Of a DNA stretch of 64,000 bases, positions 23,501 through 37,000 are shown piece by piece; positions within the stretch are counted from its first letter, which is position 1, and the number at the start of each line of letters is the position of its first letter. The notes under the pieces were generated by a model that worked only from the letters and a program-made list of their open reading frames with translations, was not told where the DNA came from and searched no databases. Position numbers and translations under genes: made by a program. This stretch comes from Phallusia mammillata (taxonomy: Eukaryota), in the NCBI GenBank assembly GCA_965637545.1, contig OZ281499.1:15996001-16060000 (forward strand). Reading direction: 5' to 3'.

Positions 23501-26500
23501 TCGAATGCTGGTTTCAAACGAGTTTTATCTGATTTCCCGCATTTTTTGTCTCAATTGCGTTAAACTTACGTTAAACATGTCAAATCCCAACTTCCACCAA
23601 GGTTATTAACTAAACTCCTTAAATTTAAAATGATTTTTTAATGCGGTTAATTCAGTTTGCTGTTTTGAGACATCTTCGCATGGTTGCTTGGCAATGAAAA
23701 CAAAGTGTAACTAAGTCCATATAGCCAAGGATTAGATTGTTCACTGCGCTGACTGGTGAACTAATTTTCTGTTCTCGGTCTCCGCGATGTCACTAAAAGT
23801 TCGCACCGGTGACAGCAGTCAGCAAACAAATCGAGTGCCTGCCTAGAAGCATTCGCCAATCGCCTGGAAACCAATACAAACTTACTGTACAGGCTGTGAA
23901 GGTGCAAAAAAGTGAACAACAATACAACAACAGGAAATTTTAAGAGGACTGACAAATAAGGCCGCTTTGATGCAACCATTAGGCAAGTTTTAAATAGCAG
24001 CGTGTTTTCTGAAATACGTTATTCGTGGACTCATTTAATTGTATGATTTTTGCCTTTGAATTTCGTACGTTTAGACTACTATAAAAAACGACAAAAAACA
24101 TCTTATAAAAATAAAGTCAATATTTTCTGCTCGTTCATGCCGTTGTGTGATGCAAATGACCCGAAATGACTTCTACGGAAACTCAAGCGATTTCGTGATC
24201 TGCGGTTTCAAATACGCGTACAATTAGGGTCTAAATTACCTGGCATTGTAAACAAAAACAGCACTCAAAATTGCCCTTAGCTCTTATAGTGTTTATCAGA
24301 GCAAACCGGGTAAATATGAAGAAGCTTCACTGCTCAAGGAGCGTAGAGACTTGGGTCGAACAAGGTCAAAACATCAAGGATTTTGTTTTGCTGTCTGCTA
24401 AATTTAAAGCACGTTTTGTGCATCACATTAACGCTATTGTTTGCTCCTGTACAGTGCGTTGAAACCACGGATACGTGATGAGATGTGAGACGGTTTCTCT
24501 ATCTGGTAAAGGATAAGTCTTGTTTACGCCTTCGATTTCGTGTCCCACGCATTTTTCCCGACTTGTAATCCCTGTAAGACCTGACATAAACAATTGCAAA
24601 TCCGCAATCAAGGCGGTAAAAGGTTTGTATACTTTTTTGCTGAACAACGTCTAAACCGGAATAATCACATGGGTCCCACTGACTTGATGTTAATTTGAAC
24701 AAGTTACATTGACATTCGATTTTATGGTAATATTGCAAGGCCGGTTTGTATGTCAGGTGTAATCCCTAGAGTTTTAAATCTTAGTTGTTTTAAACGCTTT
24801 GTATGTAGTAAATTTACCAATGCATCTAAGTTGTTTGACTCCAATTATAGGCCAGCAGAAATTTCCTTTTTATCCTGCGGTGGGTCTTTCGTGTAAAGGT
24901 GCTACTAAGATTGCGTGCGACGCCACAGCATAAAGACTTTAGGCATGGATCCCAGTGTGCAAGCGCCGTGAAACAATATGGTCGGAAGCAGGCACGAAAA
25001 CATGTAATACGATTATTCGCGGTGGCCCCATTCTCCTCAAATCCTACTCGGCCGAATCGCGTGCTCAAGACCCGCAACAGCACCATATTGTGTTCTATGG
25101 TCAAAGTCTGTTGGGGAAAGGGCAATTAACGCCGATGAGATACTGATAGAATCTTGAGTTGTAAGGGTTAAGTCATACCAGGAAGGTTTCTAATTCGAGT
25201 GTCAAAAAACCGCTAAACCGGGTCTTCGACGTTAATCCGGCGTCCTTAACCTTTTTGTATTGGCGATGTGTTGAACGTGAACAGTTGCTGGTAAGAATAA
25301 AAGCACTATCTTGTTTTACGGTATGGGTTACACCTGACCCTTGACACGTTACCCAAACCAGGTGGCATGTTTACTGAAACTGACAGATGCTGTTGCGCTT
25401 CAAAACAATACACAGGAAAACTTCTTGGGAGTTATATATTCTACACCTCGAAGAAACAATAAAGCCCAACATTATGCAAAAACTTGAACAACTCCTGCCA
25501 CTATCTAGGGATTTTCTATGCGGATCCTATACATCAAAATATTAATATGCAAATTGAATAGTTTTCCGGTATGAAATTATTGAGCGTTCTATTCCTCACG
25601 TACATAAGCGGTTTTTCCAAAGCTTACACAAGATTACAATTTTCGTATAAACCGGCCGATTAATTTTTACCAATGTTATTGTACCAATCCAATAAATGTC
25701 CAAAGTCCAAGGTTTAGTTAGCGCCCGTTTAAATGTCAACTGCGGCTCTACATTAAGATAAGGTGTTCCTGCGGTGTGGTACACAACCGATCATGAACCA
25801 CCTGCGCAAGTTCATCATGCAGCGGATTTGTCTCTCCTGTAAAACTTTATCCTATCAACTGCATAAAGTCCATTTCGTTCCGCCGTGAAACCGTTCACGA
25901 AGCCTCGACATTCCACCTTACTCTATCATCCGCGTTATATCAAGGCATCTCATTGTATACGTGCCCTGCCCACCAGTCAACAAGATGGTTTGGGTAATGA
26001 GTCAAAGTACTTTGTGTTTACCCGCTATTGTGTTGAATGCAATTAAATCGTGTTTCTTGTCTTAATAAATAAAATACTAATTATTGGGCGGTTAGCCTTG
26101 CGCAAACCTAAAATGACTTTGTGCACAACAATAAAATATATTTTTGATACTTTGTGTTTCAGCTTACCACAAAAACAGTTGACCAGTTTTTATCTTCAAA
26201 AAGTGTCACAATTATGTAACGTGGTAACATGAGTTGTTGTGAAACTCACATAAACAAGAAATACCACATTTGTCCACTACTTAAACCTATAGCTGTATTC
26301 TGTGGGATGTTGGTGCGATAATTAATTGGCGTTGCAAAACCTTTGAGGAAACACCATCAATAAGGATCTGAAAGCCGAACGTGCCAATGTAAAGTTCAAT
26401 TTTTCACCCCAGTAAATTCGGGAGCCAAAGGGCGAAGCTCCAGCACTGTTTATTTGTTTCACGTCTTTGGATGTGTTAAATACAAAGGCCCAAAATAGCT

Positions 26501-29500
26501 GAAATATTTACTGGCGTTTTTTCAGTACTTGCTACATACTCTGAAGCTTTTATTAGCTAAATGATCTTCTTCAATCTGAACACTTTGGTTTCATAACGAT
26601 ATCCATGCGGTTAAGTGCAAATTACGTGACAAATTCTTGTACAAATCCCCAATTTTACCCATCTGTTATAATGTTCTTTATAACAAAGTAAACTAAAGCA
26701 GAATCTTCAGGAAACCCAAAAAGTCTGCTCCTAAAACCGAAATATGAAAGTGCAAAGGTCCAAGTTATGTTCTCGTAAAACACAATATAGATGTGTTTGA
26801 CTTCGTTTCGGATTAAAGTCAAAAACCTACACGAAGAAGGGAATCTACTTAAACGAGGTAATAGCCTAAAAATCTTGTAACGGATTCTAATCAGTGTTTA
26901 CAAGGCACATTTGAACACCTGTTTTGACACCACACGTTTAGAGAAGCACTATTTATAAGTGTTGTCGGGCGTTAATCGTTCCGGGCCCGACGTTGCGGAA
27001 TGCGCTAAACTAAGACGTGAAACAAACACCGGCTCATGCAAGTATATATTTGAGGTTAGACAATGTACACTTACACAGTTTGGAGCTGGCGAAATCCCGA
27101 GAAAGTCTTGGCTTCAATTCTCCGCAGAAGGTCGTCGTAAGAGATTGTGCTAAAAAGACATAAAAACGGAAGTGAGTGACCGGATTTTCTGAGAAGTTAC
27201 AGCCTGTTTTAGATGTTGCAAACGGGATGACCATTTATCACAGAGTATTTGCGGTGGCGATTTGTGTGTCTTACTACGGGATCGGGAGGAATCGAATTAT
27301 CCGCGCGGGCGCTGGGCAAAACCGCTGCGGTGGGTTTCATGGGCTGTTACTGGCGACTTTCTAATAAAACGTGACTGGCTAAATACGAGCGAACTTGCAG
27401 CGACAACAAACAATTCCGCGACGATGCGACCGGCCGTAAAACAAAAAAGCCACAACTCGAAAAACAAAGAGCTCCAGGCGAGAATTAAAATGCGAGAGTG
27501 GGTGTGTTGTGATCCAGATTACAGGCGATTTCCGTCAAATACGACGTCGCCGTATGCATCTGCGAGATAGATCATTCACTGCTGTGCTGTCAGGCTACAC
27601 CCGCCAACACAACGGCCACATATACCTTGTGCTCGCAGACAAATAACGCGCATGCAAGAGCAAGTGCTTTGATCCTATTTAAGTCTGTAAACTTCGCAAA
27701 GACAAGTGCACACAAGATTAGGTTTCTGTTAAGCTTGTGCTGGCATCTCGAGCCGCCTTGTTTGCGCTTAATGAATGCCACAGGTGCATGGAACGGACTT
27801 GGAACCAAAAATCGGCACGTTTCGGGTGATTTTTGGAGGTCGGTTGACCAAACATGAGGAAAACGATTTTAGATTTCCACGAAACCTGCCATAATTGTCG
27901 GTGATTGAGTTGTGTTATCAGCCTGATTCTGAGCCGCGACGTCGCTTAAAATCGCAGCGACAAAGTGTGGAAATGGCAACGTGTTCACTCTGTACCTTGC
28001 GCTAATAACCAGGTAACGGCGATTTAATTTGACTTGTAACGAGAGGTGGGTATAATATTGCGAGTTACAAGACATAACAATTTGCTGTGGTTAGTGATGA
28101 GAATTACATCATTATCGCTTGCTCGGTGAATGCACGTGCGCATCGGACAAGACCCCCATTAACCCCTCTTCCGCGCTAGGACAATTATACGAGTCTTTGA
28201 TAAAGCAAATCATTTCCAAGTAAGTCTTTGATCAAGGTGTTTCAAAGTATAAGACATATCAAAAACATTCATGCGCTTTTAATGTTATTATTAGCTTCAG
28301 CATGGGTCAATGGCGCTTTTTATTAATAATATTTTTTTTTTAAATTTAAGACAACAATGTTTCAACTTGGCTTAACTAACTGAGAAAAAGAATTAGTTTC
28401 AAAATTTGAGTGTTCAACGCGAATGCTTGAAGTCTTTAAACTTCTTGGTTTTTGCCCTTTTTTTCTTCACTTTGAAGATGCTTTATGTAACACACATGCA
28501 ATTTAATTCCCCACTTGAAACGATCTTCTTTAAATTTATTTTTCCAACTACGCCCTAAATTTTATCTCCAACCGGTAAAGAATGATCCCGCGATTAAAAA
28601 AGTTACAAGCGTTTAAACTTTGCGCCCTTATAGAATTAATGCTGACTATGGTATTTACGGGGTTTTATTGCCAATCTCCGTTTAACCTCACAAGGGCGTC
28701 TACATAGACCTGCTTCAACGTTGGCATAAGGGACGGACATACACGATCTAATTTTAGGGTCACCAGAGATGAAATGTTATCGAAGATGATAAACTGATGG
28801 ATACGTAGGCATGACGATGAAAAATATTTGCTCGAATTGCGATAAGAAGATTTTACGACAATACGTCAGATATCTTGGTTTAAGGGTCCGGAATTCAGGC
28901 GACTAAATGTCTTATCGAACTAAGTCTTGGCGATACGTACTTTAATCTGATTGGACAAGGGTACCAGATTGCAAAACGTAACTGTTGATGTATTTGTGTG
29001 AACGTTAGACTCTTATAACTTGATTTTGGCATCTTTTTTTTACTATTAAGCTAAATTTTAATGTATGAGCCAAATTCTGAAAGCGACAATAAATATGCCA
29101 CATTCGTTTAACATTTTTATCTCCTGTATGAAATTGTTTCAAACAAAAGCAAAGTTTGTGCCATATAGAGGAGAATATTCTTTCGGTTTACCTTTTTGGT
29201 GTTACGCTGCGAAAAGGGGCTTTGAATTAATTTATTCAACAACCTTCAATATGCGATCGATTAAATACGAAAACCCTCTTAAAGTCTGAATATAACAAGG
29301 TTGCATACAAAACGAGCTAAACGACTTATGCAGTCACGGTAGAAACCCATATGAGCGAAAGACAATCCTGAGGGAATTGTCCCTTTTCGCTTGTCACTTC
29401 AATTTACGCAACTTACTAACCGCTGTATAAATTATCAAGTTGTATTCAAACAATATTGTCTTGTTGTGTTTCACACTTAAAAATCTGACGGTATGATTGG

Positions 29501-32500
29501 TAATTATTAAAGCTGTTTTATTAGTTTTATTGTTGTCAGCGAGTTTCCAGCAACTGTTGGCTACGACGGATACCCATATTCGATAAACAGGACAAGTTAA
29601 GTTATTATTCGATCTGTCGAATGTGCCAAAAACTACTTCATATATCTTGATTTTAAAAGACGTTTAAAGCAAATGTTTCAATGAACAAAAATGAAGGGAA
29701 AATATATTTTTTGGAAAGGTGAACGGTTTTAATGTGCCCTTTGACCTATAGAGACTTGGAAAAACAGAGTGTACGTGCACGCTAGCACACATCAAACAAA
29801 ACAACTACCAACACACGCAAGGAGGAAGTGTTCGAAATTAAAAAGGCCGCAATATTACCAGGGTGACAAGCGTTGTAAGGTTAACCACTTTTATTGACCC
29901 CGTAACACGATCAGAAGTTAACTTGTTTTTGAATGGGAGGATTTTTAATCAGGCGGAGAAAAAGCCAACGTTTCAACCAAAATTTTATTTTTAGTTTCAC
30001 CAACAACTGGGAGTACACCAAGGTTTTAAAGATTATTAGCTTGGGAAACAGCTGAAAAGATTAGAAGTCACTGGCAAGTAGATCCATATGCACAACTATA
30101 ATAATTGTTGCTCTGATGAAAGTAATAATTCAAGGGCCCTAACACGACTGGTCGCAATAATTGAACGGCAAACAAAGGCTTTTGACAACCTTTTAAACAG
30201 GCTGTGTAACCTTTGCATGTGACCCAGTCCTTGCTTATCTTGGTTTATTTGGTAGCAATTCATGGCGCCTAGTCAGAAATATGCAACTACTGATTTCATC
30301 GAAGGTCTAGCTCATTGGGAAGTAATATTTCCAAGTACCAAGATTGCAAAACACTTACAAGTCAAGAAGTGGGGAAAATTGCGTCCGATTCAATGAAGTT
30401 TCTTTGAGGACTTCAATCGTTGTGTACTCCAACGCCCTGCAAAGAACATATTTTTTTCTTATTATTATCAAGCTAACTGACAACGGTATAGTATTCTAAA
30501 TTAGGTGTGAATCTATAATTTGCCTTTGTGGATATCCAGGTCAAATTTTTGCACGAAGGAAAAGTCGGGTGTATATGCTGTAATAACAACTACAGATTAG
30601 CGGGTTAATTCTTGGAAAATGTCGACTGCATTTGAACAAACTATACATGTAAGACCAACTGATTATTCTTTTGAATATGTCAAAATATCCAATCTGTTTG
30701 AGTTGAGCTTTGTTTAAATTTTCTGTTTAAATTGAGTGATGCCTAAATGTATTTGTTTGAGATTTACAAAGCATATGATTTACGTTTACTTAATACCTTT
30801 GTGCGTTTTTTTTTTAAATTGTTTACGTAATTGCCAAATATTTATGACCTTACGTTTCCTGTTGCGACAACCAAGGGAGTTTTAACACATGATTATATTT
30901 TATTCTATGCTCTAAATTTAGACTTGAATCCACTTTGAGGCGACAAGAGAGCATGCAAAAGGATCAAACCCTAATAGCTTTCTACCACAAACTCTTTATG
31001 ATTGATAGGAGATCAATGACAACGTGTTGTAATTTCAATAATTTATAACTCCTGGCTAAAGCCAAATACTGATGTATTTGAATCCAAAGTTTATCCAAAG
31101 TCCAAAGTCCTAAATCCAAAGCATGTTTAAGTATATTAATTGGAAATAACCAAGAATAGTAAGCAATTTAAAATATGCAGAAGGGCTTAGAACCCCAAAG
31201 CATGAATGATCCAAAGCCTTCTGCAAACAGCCTGACATGTTTTAATTAAAACCAAGCTAAGGTGCCAAATCTGCGTGATTTGCCAGCCATAAGACTCAGA
31301 ACCGCTCGTCTTGTTAGGTTAAAACCGAATTTCACGGCGGATTTTTGTCAGACCAAAGCGCATTACACACCGCTGTAGACTGTAGAGCGCACGTACTACA
31401 CCATTAGGTTTATCTGATCTGTAAACAAGCGAATTAGAAGCAAGTGTAATAAATTGTACCGGCTTAAGCTGAAATTCCACTAGACAACCAAAAGATGCTA
31501 CTTATTCCTTGAAGTCCAACACAGCTTATATAGTGGTTAGATAAATAAACTCGCATACTTCGTTTCGCGTTTTAATGCCACTTTGAAAAATAGCAATTTA
31601 AATTCTAATTTTACAATTCAAATTCAATATTTACTTTAAAATTCGGAGCCAATCCGTAGCGTCCTAAAACAGATTAAGCGCAATGTGAATTTTGGAATAT
31701 CCGCGCCTTGCTTATTTTAAAAGTTGTAAAAAATGGACTTAATAACTTAGATGAAATTGACATGTTTTATAATTTAAAAAAATTTGCGCCTTAATTTTTT
31801 AAAATTGTGAAAAATATTTTCAAAATTTTCGATGTTTGTTAAACCAAGCTCGCAGCATCTTAAGGTTAAGTGTCAAGTTCATGGGTCAATAAGGTTTACC
31901 AAATCGCGTTAGTTTGCCTACAAACATTTTGTTCGCAGCGTTATACGAAACACGCTTTTGTGGCAAGGAGTAGCTGTGAAAAATGTCAAGCCTTTTCTCC
32001 GGAGGATGGTTTTAGCACCTTTTACATGTTTCACCGATTATCTCCGCAACAGACAAAGAAGCATCTTTAGTAAATGGAAGTTAAACTCTTAATTCTCCGT
32101 ACCACTTTGTGTTTGTTTTAGGAACCTTGTCGAATTCGCTACGGACACGCAGATTTTCGACAACGACAAATTAAAAATTGCAAATTATTTATTTTCCGTA
32201 TATTTTACACGCTTTGGGAGAATTATTCCTTGGTTGGTATTAAAAAAGAAGCAAGTTTGTGTTTAGGTTTGTGGACATATGCACCGAAGGAGAAAAGTTA
32301 CTTGGCACCAGCAAAGTAAAAATCAAATTATATTCCATTTTGCTAAGCGATTTTATCACAAGGGTTTAGCCAAGGCGCCGGTGTCCTTTATGCATGAATA
32401 CTCAGGCATGTGCACACACAAGTGCCTGCTTGGTATCTACCGGGCAGCAAAACTCTGACCGGCACACAGCGAGCTACGATAGTTTTATTATGTGGCATGA

Positions 32501-34028
32501 AACTAAACCTGAAATAAAAATAGATTTTAGGCAGAGTATCAAACACAATAAATCGTTTTGTTCTGTTCCTATACCAAACCGAAAGTGTGCGTGTAGCTAC
32601 CAATTCTTGCGTTAGGCACGTCTGTTTTCATGAACGCCAAACGCTTATCTTTCACAGCAGTTGAAAATGGACTCCCAATGTGTGATTTTTCGTATTAGGG
32701 AGTTAACGAAAGGATTGCAACGAAGCGCCACAGGTTTTAAAAATAGTTTCGTGGTGACTTTGGCCTCGGATCAAATTGCAGTAAGCCTATAGCGACGAGC
32801 GAAACGGTTGCAAGCCACAATTTGACTGACAGCGTCCTGTGGGGTTGGTGGCATGAATTGGCGGCATTATAGGAAAGAACCGCACGTTTGGTTAGGTTTA
32901 CATGGAGGATTACATGGCGTTGGCAATAGTTGAAAAACGTTTTTGCTTAAGGTAATGACGTCTTCTTTCGTGAAACTGAAGTTGGCAGCTTATTTTCAGT
33001 TTATAACTTTTCATAACAGTCTTATAATAACAAAGCGATAATCGTAATTGACGTGTCGAAACTCTAGCAAAATTATATGAAACGTAAATCGATGAAAACT
33101 CGCAGTTATGGCATGTTTCTGAAGCTCACTGGAAACGTATGTACTTTGGCAGTCCTAAGATCGATTAGTTTGCACATGCACAATCATGAGAAAAAACAAT
33201 GCCATGGATATATTTTGATACTTACAGTTGGACAATGCTAATTGGAAAGTTCTTCGGCAAGGAATCAAGTTTTGTGCACTTTACGTTGATATGTTCATCT
33301 GAAAATGTGTTCATAAACTTTAGTAAGTGTTACGATACAGAAAAATACTCTGAGTGATTTTTTTCGTGGTTTCATAGTTTCCTATACGCAATAAATAAAG
33401 CATATCAACGATTTTCTTCAACCTTTTTAGCTATAGTGGCGATTTCTTAAATGCTACTCAATGGCGTTCCCTATCACAGTCGCTACTGCATTGGAAATTG
33501 TATTATGTGACAAAGCGATTAAAGTCGTTTACTCACTTGCGAGGCTTCCGGTTTTACAACAGCAGGTCTTAGGTAAATCGGGGCACAAACTTCGGCTTGC
33601 GTTGATTCCTGGACAAATCTAAAATAAATTGTTAACGTTAAAAATTTTGCGTAAAAAATCCAAGGTATGAAACAAGTAGACATATAAATATAATATGTAG
33701 TGTTGTATCGTTTTTTTTTACATTTCCATTTTTGTCGTGAAAGAACATTTAAACAATTTATTTTTTTATCTTGGCTTGTGTTGTTATGTCATCCACACAG
33801 AAAAAAACAGTTTAACGTTTAGCTTTCTGCGCAGTTTGTAAAGCCCATCAAACGTGTGGCTTAAGATGTTAAATTTTGCGAGATGAAATGAATCATTTGT
33901 CTATTTTCGATTACTACACTGGCTTATAAAGCATTCTTTACCTGTGAAACGATTCGTGGTGATCCAGCATCTGTCGGAAAAATACAAAACAGAATTGCCG
34001 CCAGAACGAGCGTTATACTTCGATGCAT
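11512..34028 (-). CDS. Glycoprotein hormone receptor-like LRR-GPCR (type A LGR; homologue of LHCGR/FSHR/TSHR), 17 exons, about 1023 aa
   Basis: Exons 34028-33942 (signal MHRSITLVLAAILFCIFPTDAG), 33618-33537, 33298-33226, then seven phase-2 LRR exons of 72-78 nt (30436-30359, 27149-27075, 22476-22402, 21863-21786, 20631-20554, 19464-19393, 19305-19231), then 18470-18142, 17302-17173, 15254-14730, 14175-14000, 13557-13374, 12875-12639, 12229-11512; total 3072 nt in frame. Motifs: VTYPAHCCAL, CSPQPDVFNPCENLLG, NLAFADLCMGIY, SLERW, KRMAVLVFTDFACFFPI, NACCNPFLYAILTK. Confidence 0.95.
19510..19638. repeat. Near-perfect 129-bp palindrome (60-bp arms, 8-nt loop), member of a dispersed repeat family
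   Basis: Left arm AAGTTTATAGAGCTCTTCTGGCAAATGTATATTTCATTCCGACGTTTCGACGTCCTATACA, loop AGACGACC, right arm is its reverse complement with few differences. Partial arm copies lie at 1127-1156 (+) and 16889-16921 (-); the central part recurs at about 9586-9614. Confidence 0.9.
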
Positions 34029-37000
34029 GATTGGTTTAACCGGCAAATGTTGGATGTTTTGGGGGTCGCGTTTTTGGCCTTTCAAGCAACAGAATCACCC
34101 ATAACGTAACAAAACGTAAGTATGAACTTGATAATTAAATGTAATATTTATTAGCACCTGAAATAGCAGAAGACGAGTTGTAGTTTAGATATGGAAAAAT
34201 CACCAAAACTGACTGCAAACGGTTCTAAACAATTTTTGTATTTTAAACATTATCGTTTTCTGTCTTTTGATCATAAAAATCAAGATTCTAAAAAAAGGTT
34301 CCGAAAGACTTGCTCGCAGCCATTAGTACTCACTACTACTACCAATACTACATAAACTGTAAACAAACTTTGAAAGCCGATACCCGCGTAACAAAAAAGT
34401 AAACTACTAAAGCGCATACAAACCACAATCTGTTATTAAGTCAAGTACCATTGAGTCTTTCTTCAAGCTACTGCTTATACTAACCAAAATCTTACCACAC
34501 ACAAGCTACCTACGAACCATTCATTGATAGGGCGAAGATTAACCTAATCAGTTTTTGAGGTAATTGCAATGGTAAAAAGATACTTTAGGTGTACCAGGCA
34601 AGCTTAGTTCATACAACTAACTAAAATGTCTGTCTGACTATTTCCAAGTTGATTTGGAATTGCCAATGCAACTTTCGATACTTTTTGACAACAGTCTATC
34701 TGTGTGTACTTAACTTATAAAAAATCGAACGATTCGCTATGTTAATATAGGGCAAGGTACACGTAAAGTCGGATACCGCTGTTCTGAACTGAATTCACAA
34801 CCAGCACGTCCTATTTAAATCTACAAAGCGACGGCAAGACGAGAAAACGTTTCTTTGCCCCGATTCGACCCTGCTTGCCTCGTCGTAGCTGATGTGTCGC
34901 CAATTGCTCGACCATTAAAGCTGGCAAACCGGCAAGCCAGCGCGCCAGCCAACATGTAAGTCCTCTAAATTGATGTAATAATTACCCTGGGCACCGCAAC
35001 TACTGAACCTCGTCAACAACAGCTTGCGTATTGCATTCCAAACCGCAACCGTCATGCAGCTAATCAGAACATCAACGGAGCGCGTTCTTAGAAGCCAGTT
35101 GCCAATATCTGTAAATTCATCTTAAGTTACGGGCAACTCAGGTGCGATGACTCCAGTCCATACAGCCTGTTTAATTGCTTTGCGGCCAAATAACCGTGTG
35201 CAGTTGAGAGGATCGTGTCTGAACTTTTTCCCGGCTAAAGAGTCGAGGAAAAAGGGAACAGTGGTGTTGCGTATATTGGCGGTCAGATTCTCTCGAATTT
35301 TCGAAAGCGCCTTGCAAACAAACAACACCAGGCTTACGAAGGCGCGCCATTTGGGAAATACCACAAGCATCGAATGCACTTTGTGCCAAACGAGTTATCG
35401 CCATAGCGCAATTAGTAGAAGACTTTGCCCTTATTTGAGGGTGTCGAAATTTGAAACTGTTTTTCCACAATCCGGTCCTTGCGGCTTGGGCAAAATATGT
35501 GAATGATAATGCAACCCAAGCGCACAGTTAAAAATATCTCTTTGCGGCGAAAGACCATGTAAAACTGCGCCCACAAACAGCGACATTTTGAGTACCCGGT
35601 CCTTGCCGCAAATTCGCCACAAACGTCAGTGAAATGTCAATTTGAATGTTAAGAAAGCGTGATAGTCTCTACAAATGAATTTGGGTGACATGTGCTTCAC
35701 TTTTTTGAGTGTGTAGTATCACCTATTGACTTATTTTACTGACATTTCCTTCTAGCCGTGACTAAAAATGTTAAAAAAAAAATTATTGCACTCTCCTCAA
35801 CGTAATAACACTACATTTTGTAATGATCAATGTTTTCGCATTACAAGTGTCCATTAACCAAAACGTGAGGTTAGCATTGTCAACTTGAGTTAAGTTATTT
35901 TAAATCTGGGCAAGTATAGGAAATTTTATGTTCAGTTGCGCATCTTTTGTGTGTTTAATTGTTTGTTGTTCCGCATCAACGTTGCCGCGAAAGGTGACTT
36001 TCTCATTACCACTTCGATCAGCGATCGGAATCTGTGCTCTTGACCTTACTGCAGCCCGTGTTTCCCAAATATCGAGGGTGACACTGAAGCACAGATACAT
36101 GGACCACCTGCATGGTCATAGTAGCTAGGATGTTTGCAAAAATATGGGAATGTGACACGGCCCTTTAACACAATCACAAGGGCCAATACGTGATTTAAAG
36201 AACAAGCTTAATTTACAACGGTATTGGAAAAATCTTTGGAATTTTTTTAAAACCATTTTTTAACTAAAATTTAACCTGAAATCTACCATACTGTAATTTT
36301 GAAAACTGTGTGGTGGCCGTGACTTATTTATTTTAGTTTGTTTTAGACCTAATAAAGAGTAACTTATAATAAAATGTTACGTGCGTTAAGCGACTCACCC
36401 GCAAAGAGTTCCAAATTCATTTTTTTTATTTTCTGGTTTGACAAGTTTTGAATATTTTTATTGATGGGATGAAGCTGACGTTGCGACAGCGTAAAATTTC
36501 GAAAATACCAAACTTCAGGTTATGTCACATTGAATCTGAAGACTTGCGACATAAACGCACACTTGACTAACTTATAATGCCAGATCAGTCCGAAATGACC
36601 CCATAAAGTAAAAATCATTAAAGGGTAGGGCGACGGAATTGATTTTATAGCTGAACTGAGTGTGACTTGTGATTTTTATCGGTATGTCGAGCCTCTCGGG
36701 ATACTGCACATTGCTTTGACTGAAAATGTTCACTAATCCGGAAATGCCAAAACATCACACGCTTCCACGCTTAGCATTTTATTCGCCACACTTTGACGGC
36801 GGGCGGCAAATCCTTGGGTGATTTAGGTATAGGTTGCACCTTTTTCTGACTTAAAAAGTACTTTTTTTAGAATTTTTTTTTCAAAAACTATCTTTTTCTG
36901 CGTATTTTAACTGATATTTGCTTTTAACTTACCCCGATCATACTATAAAGCTTGTAATCTTTACAAACGGTAAGTCTTATTTTTCGCTGGGGAAAATTAA

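Noticed and set aside
27176-28075. GC-richer intronic patch with overlapping ORFs of 60-100 aa
   Set aside because: Stops in every spliced frame tested and no domain motifs; may be regulatory or a decayed repeat.
31081-31125. Short TCCAAAG reiteration
   Set aside because: Too short and irregular to be a CRISPR-like or satellite array.
32388-32520. Cys-rich segment CRSEFCCPVDTKQALVC considered as the receptor N-terminal exon
   Set aside because: In-frame stop before any donor; better exons were found at 33226-33618.
34700-36130. GC-richer blocks with 60-120 aa ORFs upstream of the hormone receptor
   Set aside because: Overlapping ORFs on both strands with no homology cues or splice chain.
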